From Eutreptiella sp. 'Long Island Sound 2002' (taxonomy: Eukaryota; Protista; Euglenida), in the NCBI GenBank assembly GCA_964036045.1, contig OZ038378.1, positions 77,872,001 through 77,936,000 on the forward strand: a stretch of DNA of 64,000 nt, given 5' to 3'. Of the stretch, positions 1 to 12,143 are shown one piece after another. The number at the start of each line of letters is the position of its first letter. Position 1 is the stretch's first letter. A program made the translations under genes and the position numbers. The notes beneath the pieces were generated by a model. The model was not told the origin of the DNA. It saw nothing but the letters and a program-made list of their open reading frames with translations, and ran no database searches.

Positions 1-1430
1 GGTGAGTGGGCGGCCTCATCTCCTTTCGCCAAGGCCCGGTGGTACGAGGCCACGGAGGTTGCACAACTCCCCGTCATCTGCAACAAGGAAATAGAGCCCG
101 TGAAGCAATATGCGTCCGTCCTCCTTCCCGTACCTGAATTGATCTGGTTATTTATGGAGTTGAATGTCCCCAAGGGCGGCTTTTGGCATGTGTCGGAGTT
201 CACGACCCGCCGGGGGGCCGCGTACACCGCTGCAACGGGCCTCCCATTCCCCCGCCCCATCCCTTCACATGAGCTCTTCATGGACACATGGAAGAAGTTG
301 GTCAAGCCGCTTGCGCTAGATTGACCTGTGTCCGTGGCAGATCCCCCCAAAAGCGGCCGCTCTTGGCCGTTGCATTTGTGGGCCCCCTACATCCAATGGT
401 GTCCACCCGTTGTGGACACAATGGATTGGAAGCCGTCGCTCACTTTCCTCCTCCGTGGGGATGCCTACCCGTGCGCCGGCGGAAGTTGGACCCAACTTTC
501 CGTTGGGCTCCTCAACCACGGTGCACGGGGCCGAGCACCCGCCTATGTACGGGTGATTGGTATGGCCGTATGCTGGGATAAGGACATGGCCGCGCTAACG
601 ACAATATGGTCCAAGAACCTACAGGTTTACGGTCGTCTTGTTCCCTTTTCGTTTTTGCGGTAATTTCTCAAGGTTAATACGTAATATTTCGCAAGTCGTA
701 ACGCCTACTGAAAACTCAATGTAATATTAACCTCGAAAAATTCATTCAAAATTAATTCCCGTTTCTTTGTAGACGTTGCAGTTGATCCACGGCTGCAACA
801 AGTTCTACTGGGGCACCAAGTGGGTGCCCGCTGAGTTGGTCATCGGGGGTCACCAACCCTTCATGACACGCCTCATTGGTGTCTCCACATCGCCCATGTT
901 GGGCTCAACTTACAGTATGGTTGTGTGGGGCAAGGTTTCGGCGGTGTGGGTGAAGGCGGGGATCCGCCGCACATTGGAGGGGGAGGCGGTGGCCCGTCGT
1001 CGCTATCGGGAGACGGGCCTCAGCTTGGAGAATGGGGGGTTCGTAGGAGACCTGCATATTGTGGTGGAGCGGTGCTTGGTCTTCGTATGCATCGTCCATT
1101 GTTGCATTGTCATGGGCCACCTCCAAGTGGCCTTCATTCAGGCCCGCCTAGGGTACCTTCCAAAGGACAACACCGTCACCGTGCAACATGTGCTCTACCG
1201 GGCTCGCACGGGGTTGGGAGCCTCGGCTCTGCCTGATTGAGAGGAGGCACGGGTGTTGTTCCTCACATCGGAGGAACTCGGGCCACTTTTGGCCTACGCC
1301 CCGGAGGACGATGAGTGGCAGGCGGTGGTTGCCATGCGGGACCTCCTCCGAGAATTGTACCGGGATACCCCACCGTGTGCTGACCTACGGGCCGCGGAGG
1401 TTGCGCGGGCGTAGCGCTTGCACCGCCTCC
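1..1430 (+). pseudogene. RAG1/Transib-like DDE transposase, two exons (1-624, 773-~1430), decayed
   Basis: Exon 1 is one frame from base 1 with a TGA at 322-324; exon 2 continues after a phase-0 intron, with stops at 1238-1240 and ~1412. Motifs in RAG1-core order: LRGDAYP (D at 460), VIGMAVCWDKD, VIGGHQPFM (H at 851, one base from D), GSTYSM, CIVHCC (cf. DALHCD), PD*EEARVLF (cf. GNFARKL), MRDLLRELY. The segment with the third acidic residue was not found. Confidence 0.6.
625..772 (+). other. Phase-0 GT-AG intron in the transposase
   Basis: CTACAG|GTTTAC ... TTCCCGTTTCTTTGTAG|ACG. The interval is AT-rich, and removing it joins KNLQ to TLQLIHG without a frameshift. Confidence 0.75.
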
Positions 1431-1884
1431 TCGTGGCCGACCCGCCCTTGGGGTTGGCCATCTTGAGGGGGTTGAGGGATTGGGAGCACGGAAGGGTCTG
1501 CTCGGAGGTGTAGGTGGGTGCAGGGAGGTTCAAGGCTGGCGAGCGGGCCAGGTTAGGCCATATGGGATACACGGGTGCAAAGGATGAGGGGATATGGGCA
1601 GGGATGGTGGGGGGTGATTGGGAGGGTGAGGAAGCGGTGAAAGAGAAATCCCCCCCCCCCCCCCCAATGCCAACCCCCCACCTCAAAACCCACAGTCATG
1701 AAAACTGGTGACAAGAAAAGCTCCAGAGGGCATTTGGAGTCCGATGACTCATCCCAAGGGCCCATCCACCCCCCACCCACAAGAAATGCCGCCCCCACCC
1801 CAAGCCCCCCACCCGACCACAAAGGCCACCCCTGCCCCCAAGACAACCCCCGCCTCTCAAAGGGGGGGGAATGGTGCCGACGAC

Positions 1885-2075
1885 CCACCTGTCGGCACCA
1901 AAGTGCACGTCCCGTACCCCACGAGCGTGGAGGTGGGCACCGTCACCGGTGTGCACCACAGGAAAGCGGGGTTCGTTTGCATGGAATACCCAAACGACTA
2001 CACGGTGGCCCATGGCGTCCTATTCTCCACCCTTTAAGGTGCCCAAGAACACTTGGACTGTGTTCGCAAGGGCAA
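1885..2075 (+). pseudogene. Small Tudor/KOW-like beta-barrel module after a Pro-rich linker
   Basis: PPVGTKVHVPYPTSVEVGTVTGVHHRKAGFVCMEYPNDYTVAHGVLF*GAQEHL follows a G-x-x-V-x-V ... G-x-V ... V-x-Y strand pattern. Fold is inferred only. Confidence 0.35.
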
Positions 2076-2286
2076 GGGGAAAGCCCCCCCCCCCCTCCCC
2101 CAGCCTTTGGGCCAGCCTGACCCGAAGAATAACACACTGACTTACTCCAAGACTAACCCTCCAACAAGCCCCAAAACTAACCCTCCGAGTAACCCCAAGG
2201 CACAAAACAACCCCACTCCTAACCCTACCCACGACTCAACCCAACCATTGTGGGACCCCTAAAAGGGGTCTCAAGAGGTGTAACCT

Positions 2287-2304
2287 ACAGGTGGTACCAC
2301 CTGT
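2287..2304. repeat. Perfect 18-bp palindrome ACAGGTGGTACCACCTGT
   Basis: Read directly; 6 bp lie between it and the inferred element end at 2280. Confidence 0.9.
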
Positions 2305-2839
2305 GGTACATCTGCAACATTGGCATTGGAGGCGGTAATGAATATTGGAAGTCATTGAAAAGATATTTGGTGTGCTCTTGTGTGCTTGTCGGGATTTTTA
2401 GGGAGGGTTAATTTTTGGAAAATTGGGTTACTATATGACAGGTTAATATTAACGTTGGCGACACTTTAATTTTTAGTATTTCAAATATTAAAGGAAAAAT
2501 TGAAATCCAAAACTAAACCCGAGGACCATTTGAAAATTTTTTTTCCATGGCAGCAAGTAGCCCCCCCCTCCCCCAACTCCCGGCCGAAAATGACACCCGA
2601 TCCCGTAAGGCACCCCTTCGGGGTAGAGTTTCTCCCGCCCCCCCCCCCAAAAAAAAACGGTCAACTTTGGTTAACGCATTAAGTTTTGACCCACTCATTA
2701 AACATATTGGGTTTAACATAGGTCTCTAGGGTGAATATTGACATGGGTGTGGGATATATTGGAGAGCTTCTTGTCTTTGCAGCAATTCTATGTGATAGCC
2801 GTGCGACAATTCAGGAGCTGGATTCCTTGTACATCATGG

Positions 2840-3190
2840 GCGGGCTAGATGGATGAAGGATATTGTCAATCAGGTACCGGTTGGGTTGGAGAAAGTGAAG
2901 TGCGAGGAGAGTGATGACGATGTGGATGAAATCCGCGAGGATGAGGACGATGCCTTGGACCCTTAGGAGAGAAGCACACCAGCAAAAAGGAATAGACAGA
3001 GCTAGCAGCCGGATGCCAGGGATGGCAGGGATGACCGCTCCAGTTCCAGCAGTGGTGGTGGCAACAAGCCCTTCAAACCACCAGGTGCCCTAGATTCGTT
3101 CCAAAACAGGGTGAAGGTTGCAGCCGCCACCAAACAAAAGCCCAAGGCGCCCGTAATAAGACCTAATTGGCGCTGCAAGAGTGTGTTTCT
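2840..3190 (+). pseudogene. Degenerate acidic/low-complexity ORF remnant, probably from a TE
   Basis: One frame reads WMKDIVNQVPVGLEKVKCEESDDDVDEIREDEDDALDP*ERSTPAKRNRQS*QPDARDG...KPKAPVIRPNW with two stops. No family recognised. Confidence 0.3.
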
Positions 3191-4959
3191 GTTGCTTTGA
3201 CTTTTTTGGCCACTGCGTTCCACCAAGCAGTGGTCTGCGACATGGTTTTTTTTGAGGTTTCGCTCGAAGAGCGCTCTGCAGCGAGTCCTTGAGCGGATTT
3301 GCACTTTTACAGTGCTATATTCATGCTTTTTTCTATATTATTTCTCATCAACAGTACACACTACGTGTTCTTCAATATGTATCCATTCACAAAGTTTGTT
3401 ATCTTTGTTACCGAACCGGGTTTGGTCACCAATACAATACTGCTTGACCATGCCTCCTTGTATCAACGTACTATACAATGTCCACTCCTTGCCTGTGTTT
3501 GCTTGCTACCCTGCAGTTTTCATTTCTTAGGTGATTCATAGGTTGCCAAGCAAGCACACACCACCAGCGTGTTGGGTGGTGCCAAACAAGCACTCCACAA
3601 TAGGAGATGGTTTCATTCAGCATAAAACCCTCAATACATAATGGTGGTTTGTAAACACTACAGAGGTATGTCACCGGTTGGGGGGGTTTTTTCAACACTG
3701 GGTTTTCCTCACTGCACTATGAAACTTGCATGTGGAACATCAAAGATGTGATTGGACCCTTAGGTCGGAAAAACACAATTCCCCCAAATAGGGGTTAGGA
3801 CAGCCATTTCAAAGCGCATTGCTCCACAAGGCCTTTTTAAAAATTGTGATTTTTCACTATGGGCCGAACCACTCTTGGGGTTCAGCCGACCACTTGCTTC
3901 AAACCACCTAACTCCGGAATGGCAATGTCGAGACATCGGCGAAAAAGTTGAAAATGACCCATTTTGCGTTAGAATGAGCCCCCCCCCCCCCGCCGCAGCA
4001 AAACACCCATACATATATGCATGCATGTAGGTACCTATGTACATACGTATGCAGGTATGTATTTTTGTTGTTATTGTTGCCGTTTTGGCACTGAGCACGC
4101 GCTGGCGAGAAAAAGTGACGGACACGCCCTCCTTGGGCAGAGTGCAAGGGAGCAGTCCACAAAGGGGGGCATTCACAATGGGGTGAGGGGGAAGGATAGC
4201 GTGCCTCCAAACCTATGGGGCCCTGGTTCCCCGACCCCCCACGAGGGTTTGCTTGGAACGCTTCTGTTACTCAGTCGGGGTGACAATGAATCAGAATTGC
4301 TCCCTGGACACTGGCCCGGATAGGGTGGTGCGCGGGGGACTTTCGTGCAGGGGATCGGCGGCTGCGCTGGAAGGCCACACGCCTCACACCTTTGGTTCTA
4401 GTGAGCGCCACACAGTGGGGCCAAGGCATGCTTGACCTAATTGCCTGCCCTGTCGGCCCTCCAAATGAAAACAAACGCGTTTATTCATGGATTTTGTGTT
4501 TTGCTGCTTCCGCCCCATTTGGGCCGCTTTTCGATGGTTTTTTTTCTCCTTTTTTGTGTGTTTTCTAGGGGTATATGCATTTTCCATTTCTTGTTGCCCG
4601 CCATTGCACTTTTTTGTTTTCACCAAAAATGTATGTTTTACCTCGCGGGCAATAGAATTTATGTAGAAGGGTGTGCATGAGTTGCAAGTGTCCTCATAGC
4701 ACGGAGACAAGAAACAATGGAAGTGGTGTCAAAATACACGCAATAAATCGAGGAACTGAGAGGATGGCACCCGAATGAGAGCAGTAAGGGAACTCCAACG
4801 AGCATGTCTATCAAATGCATTGGCAAATGTGCGGAGTTGCGGGTTAACTAGAGTTTCCGGCCGTGGCTTTATTCTACAACACGGTTGTGTTGATACTAAT
4901 TCAAGTCTCTCAAGGCATGAACAGGGGGGTAGGGTTGTGACAATCTTCTTGAGGAAGAG

Positions 4960-5703
4960 TTGTTGGTCAGGTTCTGGCATGGTTCTTTCAGGGATCAAGG
5001 GGTCAAGGGTGTGGGGTTGAGGTTTCCGTTTGCCAGAGGGGAACGGGAGATGTGGTGTGATTCTTCGGCAGCAATACGGGTTTCTAGGCCTAGAGGAAAG
5101 GATGTCAAGTTGTGGTGTCCATTGCTGGACTACTGTAATCATAACCTCTTTCTCTCTCAGTCTTGCGTCTTCTTATGCATCCACTTTGGGTACGGCACGC
5201 GGATGGGTATGAGTGAGTACGCCTGAACTCCGCTGCCAATGCGGTCACTCACTGGTAGACCAATGGCACGCACATCTTTCATACCGGGGTCACCCAGGCC
5301 GGTAACAAAGTCGGCAGGGCGGAGGGTAGGGGTTTCTTCTTTGACGATCCCTATGCCAACCCCCTCCATCCCCAAAGCCTCAGCCTCTGGCGGTGCACCG
5401 GCATGGATGTCATCTTTCTTCAACCCAAAATCTGCACTACTCATGTTTGCCTGTTGTGGCAACAAATTGCACGGGGACATCACCACATGCACCAATTGTA
5501 CGTGCAAGGTGCACACCTTGTGCACGCAAGGTGTCCACTGCTCCAAGTGCGTGTGCCGTGTGTGCAATGAACCTCCCACGGATGACCTGCGGTCACGCAA
5601 GACATGGGTGCACGGAGTGCATCACACACGTGCACTGCACATGGCGTTTCGTGTGGAAGTGCTATCTCAGACATGCACCCCCCGGCCCAAAATGGTCGCG
5701 TAA
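4960..5703 (+). pseudogene. Degenerate ORF with tandem PHD-like Cys/His fingers
   Basis: ORFs 4960-5226 and 5239-5703 share a frame, separated by one stop. ACC...CTNC...HTLC...CSKC fits C4HC3 spacing, followed by CRVC...KTWVH as a second, decayed finger. Confidence 0.5.
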
Positions 5704-6339
5704 TGGCCCTCCAAGAAGTTTAGGCGCTATTTGAAACCCCAATGGTAGGTCTGCCGCCCATGGTTGCGGTACCCCAAGGGTGTTATGTAGTGCTTTGCAT
5801 GCAAGGATAGGGACTTGCAATGAACGCCGCAGTTGGCATGTTCTTTCACTGTTCCGATGCGCACCCGTGCATTGCCAGTGAGCCAGGCTTGCCGTACACC
5901 AAGTTGCGGGCAATGTGGGAAGGTGGCGGTGCTTCGGCCGCTGTTATAGTCACATTGCCGGTACTAGTTCGCAATGCCGCAAGGTTCCAACCACCAGTGT
6001 TGGCTCCTTGGAGTCGACCATGCATGGAGCGCCCAGCGCGATGCGGATGGCTCCGCGTGGGCCCCTGATTTTTGACATAAATTGTAACTGCATTCAATAT
6101 TGCAGGGACTTCGCCCCCCCCCCCCCCTTTGCTGCAGTGCCATTATGGGCCACGGTTGGTTTTCGCTAACCACCTTTGGCCTTGTGGGTTGGGTTGTGTA
6201 TGTTCTTCAATTTGCGTTACGTTCAAGGATAGCTATGCAAGCATTTGAGTCGCGGCTATTAACAGTTTGCTGGATTCCGTTGTGGGGCCAGGTTTTGCAT
6301 TCACGGGGCTGCAGGGATTTCTGTTGCCGTCGTGGACAT

Positions 6340-6660
6340 GACAATAACCGTTCACAACCCATCATCAAATACCAGCAACCATCCAGAGCTCATCACCAAA
6401 TAACAACAACCATCAAAAGCGCAACAGCAAGTAACTACAACCATCCACAGCCAATCAGGAAAGACCGGCAACTGTGCGCATGCTACGTGGAAATAGCAGC
6501 AACCATCCTAAGCACATCAATGAATACCAGCAACCATGTAGAGAGAACAACCACGCACAACACATCATCAAATGACATAATAGAAAACCATGCAAGAAAC
6601 AAACCACAACAACCAAACAAACAAACCAATGAACAATAACAACAATCACACAAAGTGCAG
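6340..6660 (+). repeat. CA-rich degenerate minisatellite (CAACCATC-like core)
   Basis: Recurrent ACAACCATC/GCAACCATC units. Confidence 0.6.
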
Positions 6661-7747
6661 TGATAAACAAGGCTTCCAAATGAAATCACAATAAAAAAAA
6701 TTGGAAAGCATGCAATAGTATGTAGGAAACCTCCAAAGTGGAGTCAAGCCCGCCCCCACCCCCACCCCAAATTTTCTATCAAATACCCTGAAAAGGCTTT
6801 TGCCATTGGTATGTGTGAAATGAAACCAAAAAATTAAAAAACACCGAAAAAGCAAAAAAAATACAAGAAATGTTGTTCCCATGGATGTGCCCGTCAACCC
6901 GTCAAGAGCCTTGTTGACGGATGTTTATGCCTTCATTTGGCCAAGAGGCGCATACCGGTGGAGTGTGGGCCATGGGCCCGCCGTCTGGGTTTCGGCTGCC
7001 AGTGATTGCCCGGGTCTACATGGGAGCGGGTGGGCGGGGAGGCTGCTTGGGGCGAGCTCGTTCCCTGTTGGGAGGCCGTAACACCGTCACGACTTGCAAG
7101 GGTAGTCGTTACATGCAGAGAGGGCGCGGGAAGCCGTATGATGTGCATATGTGGATATGTAGGTTTTGTGCATAGCAACCAGGGGCTGTACCCGTGAAGG
7201 GCTGCACGTATTCACAACTTGAGTAAACGCAATGACGGCTCAAGGCGGAGCTAGGCCGGAGCGCCCAAACAATCCTAGCTGCAAGTCCGTGGGCTATTGC
7301 ATGTGCGGTATTGGGAGGAGGGCGCAGGGTGCACGTGGACAGTGGGGGTGCTACGGCGGGGTATCCCCGGATAGAGTATTACGAAGGGGCGTGACCTTGT
7401 TTGGCCGCATGTGTGTTGCTTTGTCTCTTGGTTGCTACTGTGCAACCATAGGGAGTGCCCTTGCTTGTTGCTTCTTGCTGTGCTGCTTCATTGCCATGCC
7501 TTGCCCCTTTACCCCGGGCGATCCAATGGGCCAGCGCTCGCCGCGGTTGCTAACGCTAAAGCCTGGCAGTCGCCACCACTCTCAAATCCTGGTTGGCCGG
7601 TACCCGTGGTCCCCGAGATCCTCCGTCATGTCGTGGGCCACCTCAGGCAGCCTTGGGACCCGACCAAGGCACGAACCACCTGTCGGTGCAAGTTTACGTG
7701 TAACTCTAGTAGGAGGCATGAGAAATGGCTATGAGTATGACTACGAC

Positions 7748-7800
7748 CATGTATGTATGTATGTATGAATGTGTGAATGGATGGATGGATGGATGTATGC
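7748..7800 (+). repeat. (ATGT)n and (ATGG)n microsatellites
   Basis: Read directly. Confidence 0.9.
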
Positions 7801-9616
7801 ATGCATGGGTGATTGCACTAGAACGCACTGCATGGTTGCGCTAGGGCAAGGCACTGGTTGCCATTAGGGCGTCGGGCAGTGCACCCCTACATAGCTCCAC
7901 ACTACGCCTCAGCGCGCCCCCACATTGCACACCTGCGAAGTCCGAAGCCGCGTCTTTACGCGCTCCCAGCGACGTCCCATGCTATGCCGCTGCTCGTTCC
8001 CGCACTGCTCCCCCGTGCGGCCCCACATGGCGCGCCCGATTGTATTCCCACATGCATTGCAGTGCAAGGCAGGGCCGTGCGGGGGGGGCCCTTAGGATAG
8101 TGCAGGTGTGCGGCTCGGCATGTTTTTTTTGTGCGGTGTGCTTCTGCGTAGGGGTACGATGTGGGGCTGCTCAAGGGCGCAGTGCAAGCTTGCACTGGGG
8201 GGTAGCGCTGGGCCGCTCAAGAGCGCAACACGGGGCCGTCTAGGGCGTAGCGAGGGGCCGCGTAGGGGCGCAGAGTGAGGTCACGGTATAGCGTAGCGTG
8301 TGCTGCAAAGGGTCGTAGCTTGGAGTCACGGAGCGCCGCAGCGTAAGGCCTCTCCTATGTTTGTGTGGCACGCCCCTGCGTGGCCCCGCAAGGCGCCATG
8401 TGAATGGTTGCACACTCTGCTTTTGGGCACCACCGAGCTAAGCCCCCGCACAAGTGCATAGTAACCCAAAGGACACAAGGACACCCCTGTGCCATCCATG
8501 CGCTCTCTAGAGGCCCTGTACACTCCACACGGCGAGCCTCATCGCCCCACGCTCACCATACCCTGTGAAGCCTTTCGGATGCCGCCCAACGACAGCAGCT
8601 ATGCCGCACCATGAGACCGCAAATATAGACCAGCCCCATCGTCCCCTGAGGTGTATGTCTGAGCGGGCTTGCTGCCACTGTACCTACTCTCATATCCTAT
8701 AATGCAAGGGTCCAAAGGGGGATGCCAGTCACCCCGTGGCATGAGAGGCACACCTTGTGAATATCGGTGGCTAGGATTCGGGCCAGTGGGTGCCGTAGCT
8801 TGGTTATCAACTCCTTGCAGGGGTGCCCACCAAAGGTTCGCCCCGGGCCGAGGTAACTAGGATAACCTCGTCCTGCCCACATACCATGCCCTGATGAATT
8901 GACGCTTACCTGGATTGAATGGCCAGCTCCCGCGGTTTTGCCACCTTACGTTCAATGGTGACCAGGTTGTAGGTTTGGCAGCCAGTTACGACGTGGCATG
9001 CCGCCTTGCAGCATTGGCCTTTGCCTCATCCACCGGACCTCTCAGACAGGCATGGTGTACAATCGGCCAACTCGGGCCACACTCAACACGCCACTTCGCT
9101 TGCCAAGTCCCGCCATGCACCAACCGTTGCACTTAGGAGGCCTTAATTGCCCGCACTGGTGACCCTCAAGAAGTCGAATTTGTTACCCCGAACTGGGGTG
9201 TTTTTTTAGGGTATGAAATGCAGGGGGGGGGGGGGGCTCACTGTTTCAATTTATGTTTTAAAAGGCATTTTTCGAACCATACCAACGTTTCAATTCTGAA
9301 TAGTCAATTTCAAACCCCAAATCAGCCAAATTCCAAAAATGAAGCGTAATTTCGCCACTCCCTTGAAAGTGGCCGATGTCATACCCTTTTTTCATGCATT
9401 TTTTCACTCATGAAACGGGAAATCTCGCCACTCCTTCATTCTGATGATTGGATGCCCTTATTGTGTATTTGTATATTTGTGTGCTAATTTGATTTCATTT
9501 GTACCGAAGTTTGGGCCTTTGATGAATTTTATGAACGTTTCGACAATCTTGGCATGCAGTATGTTCCCTGTTCTGGGGCAAATATGTGAGTATTTGCTGC
9601 GAGGTGACCACAGGAC

Positions 9617-11640
9617 TTGGAACCGGCACTGCTGAGGGTGGTTGTGGCAAGTCGTGAGTTTCAGAACGTTGGTGACCTCATGACGGATGTTGCCTATGCG
9701 CGCTCTGCAAGGTTATTGGTTGTCTGGGCCGTGGCAATGCGAACTTACTGCCAACGCACGACAACAAGCAATTTGGCTTTGGCAAAGCATGCAGAATCAC
9801 CAAACGGCAATGTGGTTTGACAACTGGGTGAAAAAGAATTTTGGGGTGGACCCGTTGCATCCCGACCACTCCATAAATTGCACAGTTGTGGCCGTGTTAC
9901 ATTTGCCCTCGCTACCAGCGTTTCCGGGTCATGTGTCACTAATTCATGCCGTCCAAACAATTGGGGCACGTGTTGATGCTTTCCAACTGCGTCACGTGGA
10001 TTTGTTTCGGCTGCTTTATGCTCTTTCTTACATGATTCAGCGTACCGTTCTTAGAGTCCCCCTGGACATTGTGCGGCAAAATGTGCTATCTCTCCGTTGG
10101 CAACCAATGATGCTATCTCAGCTACGGTGTGGAATTAAACTGGATCACTTGACACTGCTACATACAATTCGGCATGTGCAGCAGGCAACTCGTCATGATT
10201 TACGTGTATGTGTGTGTGGATATGACAATTCACTATGAGCTCTTGAATGTATGGGCAGAGTTACATTTCCTGGAACTTTGAGTTGCAGTGGTCAAGCCCC
10301 CACCTCATCTACTGGTTTTGGCACCCCTACAAGCATATGATCACCATGCTTTACCGCAACTTTATGCCCATTATCTTTCTGATCGAGAGAGTACACAGCG
10401 ATTTCAAGGAAGGGGACGCAGTACCAACAAAGGTGAAGCTCCTTCATATGGAGAAGACAATACTGGCACTTTGTCTGAATGCTTGCACTTACCTACTAAG
10501 AGTTCAGGCAAAACTTGATGCATTTGCTGTGGCGGCGCAGAACGCACCATTGACGGACATGCAGTCTAAAAGCAAGGAGCTCCTTTTGGGGTTGAAGGTG
10601 TTGTTGAAGCAGTATTGCCGTGCTGCACATCGGGTTGATGTCCTCGTGAGGAACTGCAATTGGGCTGGTAGAGATCCCGGAAGTGGCAAAATTGCCTTGG
10701 CAGTGCTAGAGTCCTTTTTGTTGGTTATGCTTTCTTTGGTGGGGGATCAATGGGAGAATGTGCAGTACATCAAGACATTCGTGGCTACTGTGGTCACATG
10801 GCAGCGTTGGCACTCTCGAACGCTCGGTTGTATTCACAGTGAGGAATATGGCGAGGCAATGTTGAGCCCGTTGTGTGCACAGTGCCGGATATGGACCACC
10901 ATCGCATCCCTGAGTGGCACCTCCGAAAATTTTGCAACGTTGAGTCACACCCTGAAAGGGAGGAAGAACATGCGCTTCTCACTGACGGAGAAGTGTGTGA
11001 AGCGGTATGGGTCCAATCTAAGAAAGTTTATTCTGAGTGTGTCTGTTGCATCCTTGCCCATTGTACAATGGAAGCCGCCACCCCTTCAGGTAGTAGAAGC
11101 AGTTGTGTTGCGTAGTGTAGATGACCTTCGTTTTCCTAGAACATTTGCGGCCGTTCCACCACGCAGCGTTCTTTTCAGTGTTTTCCACAAATATATTAGG
11201 ACCCTCCTTCGTAAGAACCCCCCAAGCGATGACTTTCTTACGGTTCTACAGCAAACAGTGCCTCTGTCAACAATTGTTGGGCAGCGGAATGCGGATATCC
11301 AGAGAGTGATGCAAATTACCCGCCCGCCTAAGCCCAAACCCAAACCAAAATCCAAACCAGGGAAACAAGTTGCAAAACCAGCTGCCTCTCATCCCTGCCC
11401 CCCCCCCCCCCAGACACGGTGGACCCATCGCCAAACCCGCCCCAAGGAATCCAAAACCGCCAGCCAAACTTGGCCCACAGCAACCAGTACCGCGGAATAG
11501 GGTGCGGCATCCGAATCGGGGGGGGGGGGGGGCAGGTGCGGACAATGCGAGTGATGACAAGGACGACCGCCCCGAGGTGGCCCCGTTTGCAGTCCACAAT
11601 GACAGTGATGACAATAGTGTGTCGGATGATGACGACATAG
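9617..11640 (+). pseudogene. DDE-type transposase (RNase H fold, xxH-containing; DUF6589/KDZ-like by resemblance), frameshifted
   Basis: WFDNWVK (D1); VCVDMTIHY (D2, alternate frame at ~10215); YWFWHPYK (conserved H); IHSEEYGEAMLS (E); Pro/Lys-rich then acidic tail. Spread over ORFs 9617-9820, 9687-10238 and 10247-11500. Confidence 0.55.
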
Positions 11641-12143
11641 TAGCCATTCTGGATGAAGAGGAGGTTTTTGGATAGGATACTTCACAATGGGACTGACATA
11701 CCTGTTGTCTTCACAATGTACCAGATAATGTCCCTTGATTGTGGTGTTTTTGCATGGAGTGGCGAAATTTCTATGTTTCTAGCATATTTTGGTTTCAGAC
11801 GCGAAATTTCGCTTGCTTTCGGGTTTTGTGTGTTTTGAGCCTGTGTCCTACAGGGTACTGTTGCGTTGCTGCCACTTGTTCCACTAATGTGCTATTCATT
11901 TTTGTGTGTGCTCCCAACTCTCATGATTTTATGTATTACACTTTGCTGAGAATGTGATGATCTGTGATTTCAGCTGCTCTCTGCAGTATTCTTGGGTTTC
12001 CCCTTGCAAAGGCTATAACTTAGGAATAACTGGTCCGGAAACAGCCAAATCACCATTGTCTGTCAATGTGCTCCATGCCTAGAGCACCCTGATTTCCTCG
12101 ACGTCTGTCATGTCATCTATACCCCCAAAAATCAAAAACCAAT

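Larger units (their letters stand above)
1..2280 (+). mobile_element. 3' portion of a RAG1/Transib-like DNA transposon (left end outside the window)
   Basis: Contains the decayed DDE transposase below. It appears to end at ...AAAAGGGGTCTCAAGAGGTG (2280); the reverse complement starts CACCTC, matching the CACCTAG terminus of the 36-39.5 kb element and the CAC start typical of Transib/RAG ends. Confidence 0.6.

Noticed and set aside
5119-5200. PLLDYCNH...FGYG as a SET-domain signature
   Set aside because: Spacing from NH to YG is too short and other SET motifs are unconvincing.
6900-7740. Possible tyrosine-recombinase (DIRS-like) remnant
   Set aside because: No ordered R-H-R-Y residues could be found in any frame.
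7858-8340. C-rich then G-rich arms suggesting a foldback
   Set aside because: Only short complementary matches (e.g. GCACACCTGC); not an alignable inverted repeat.
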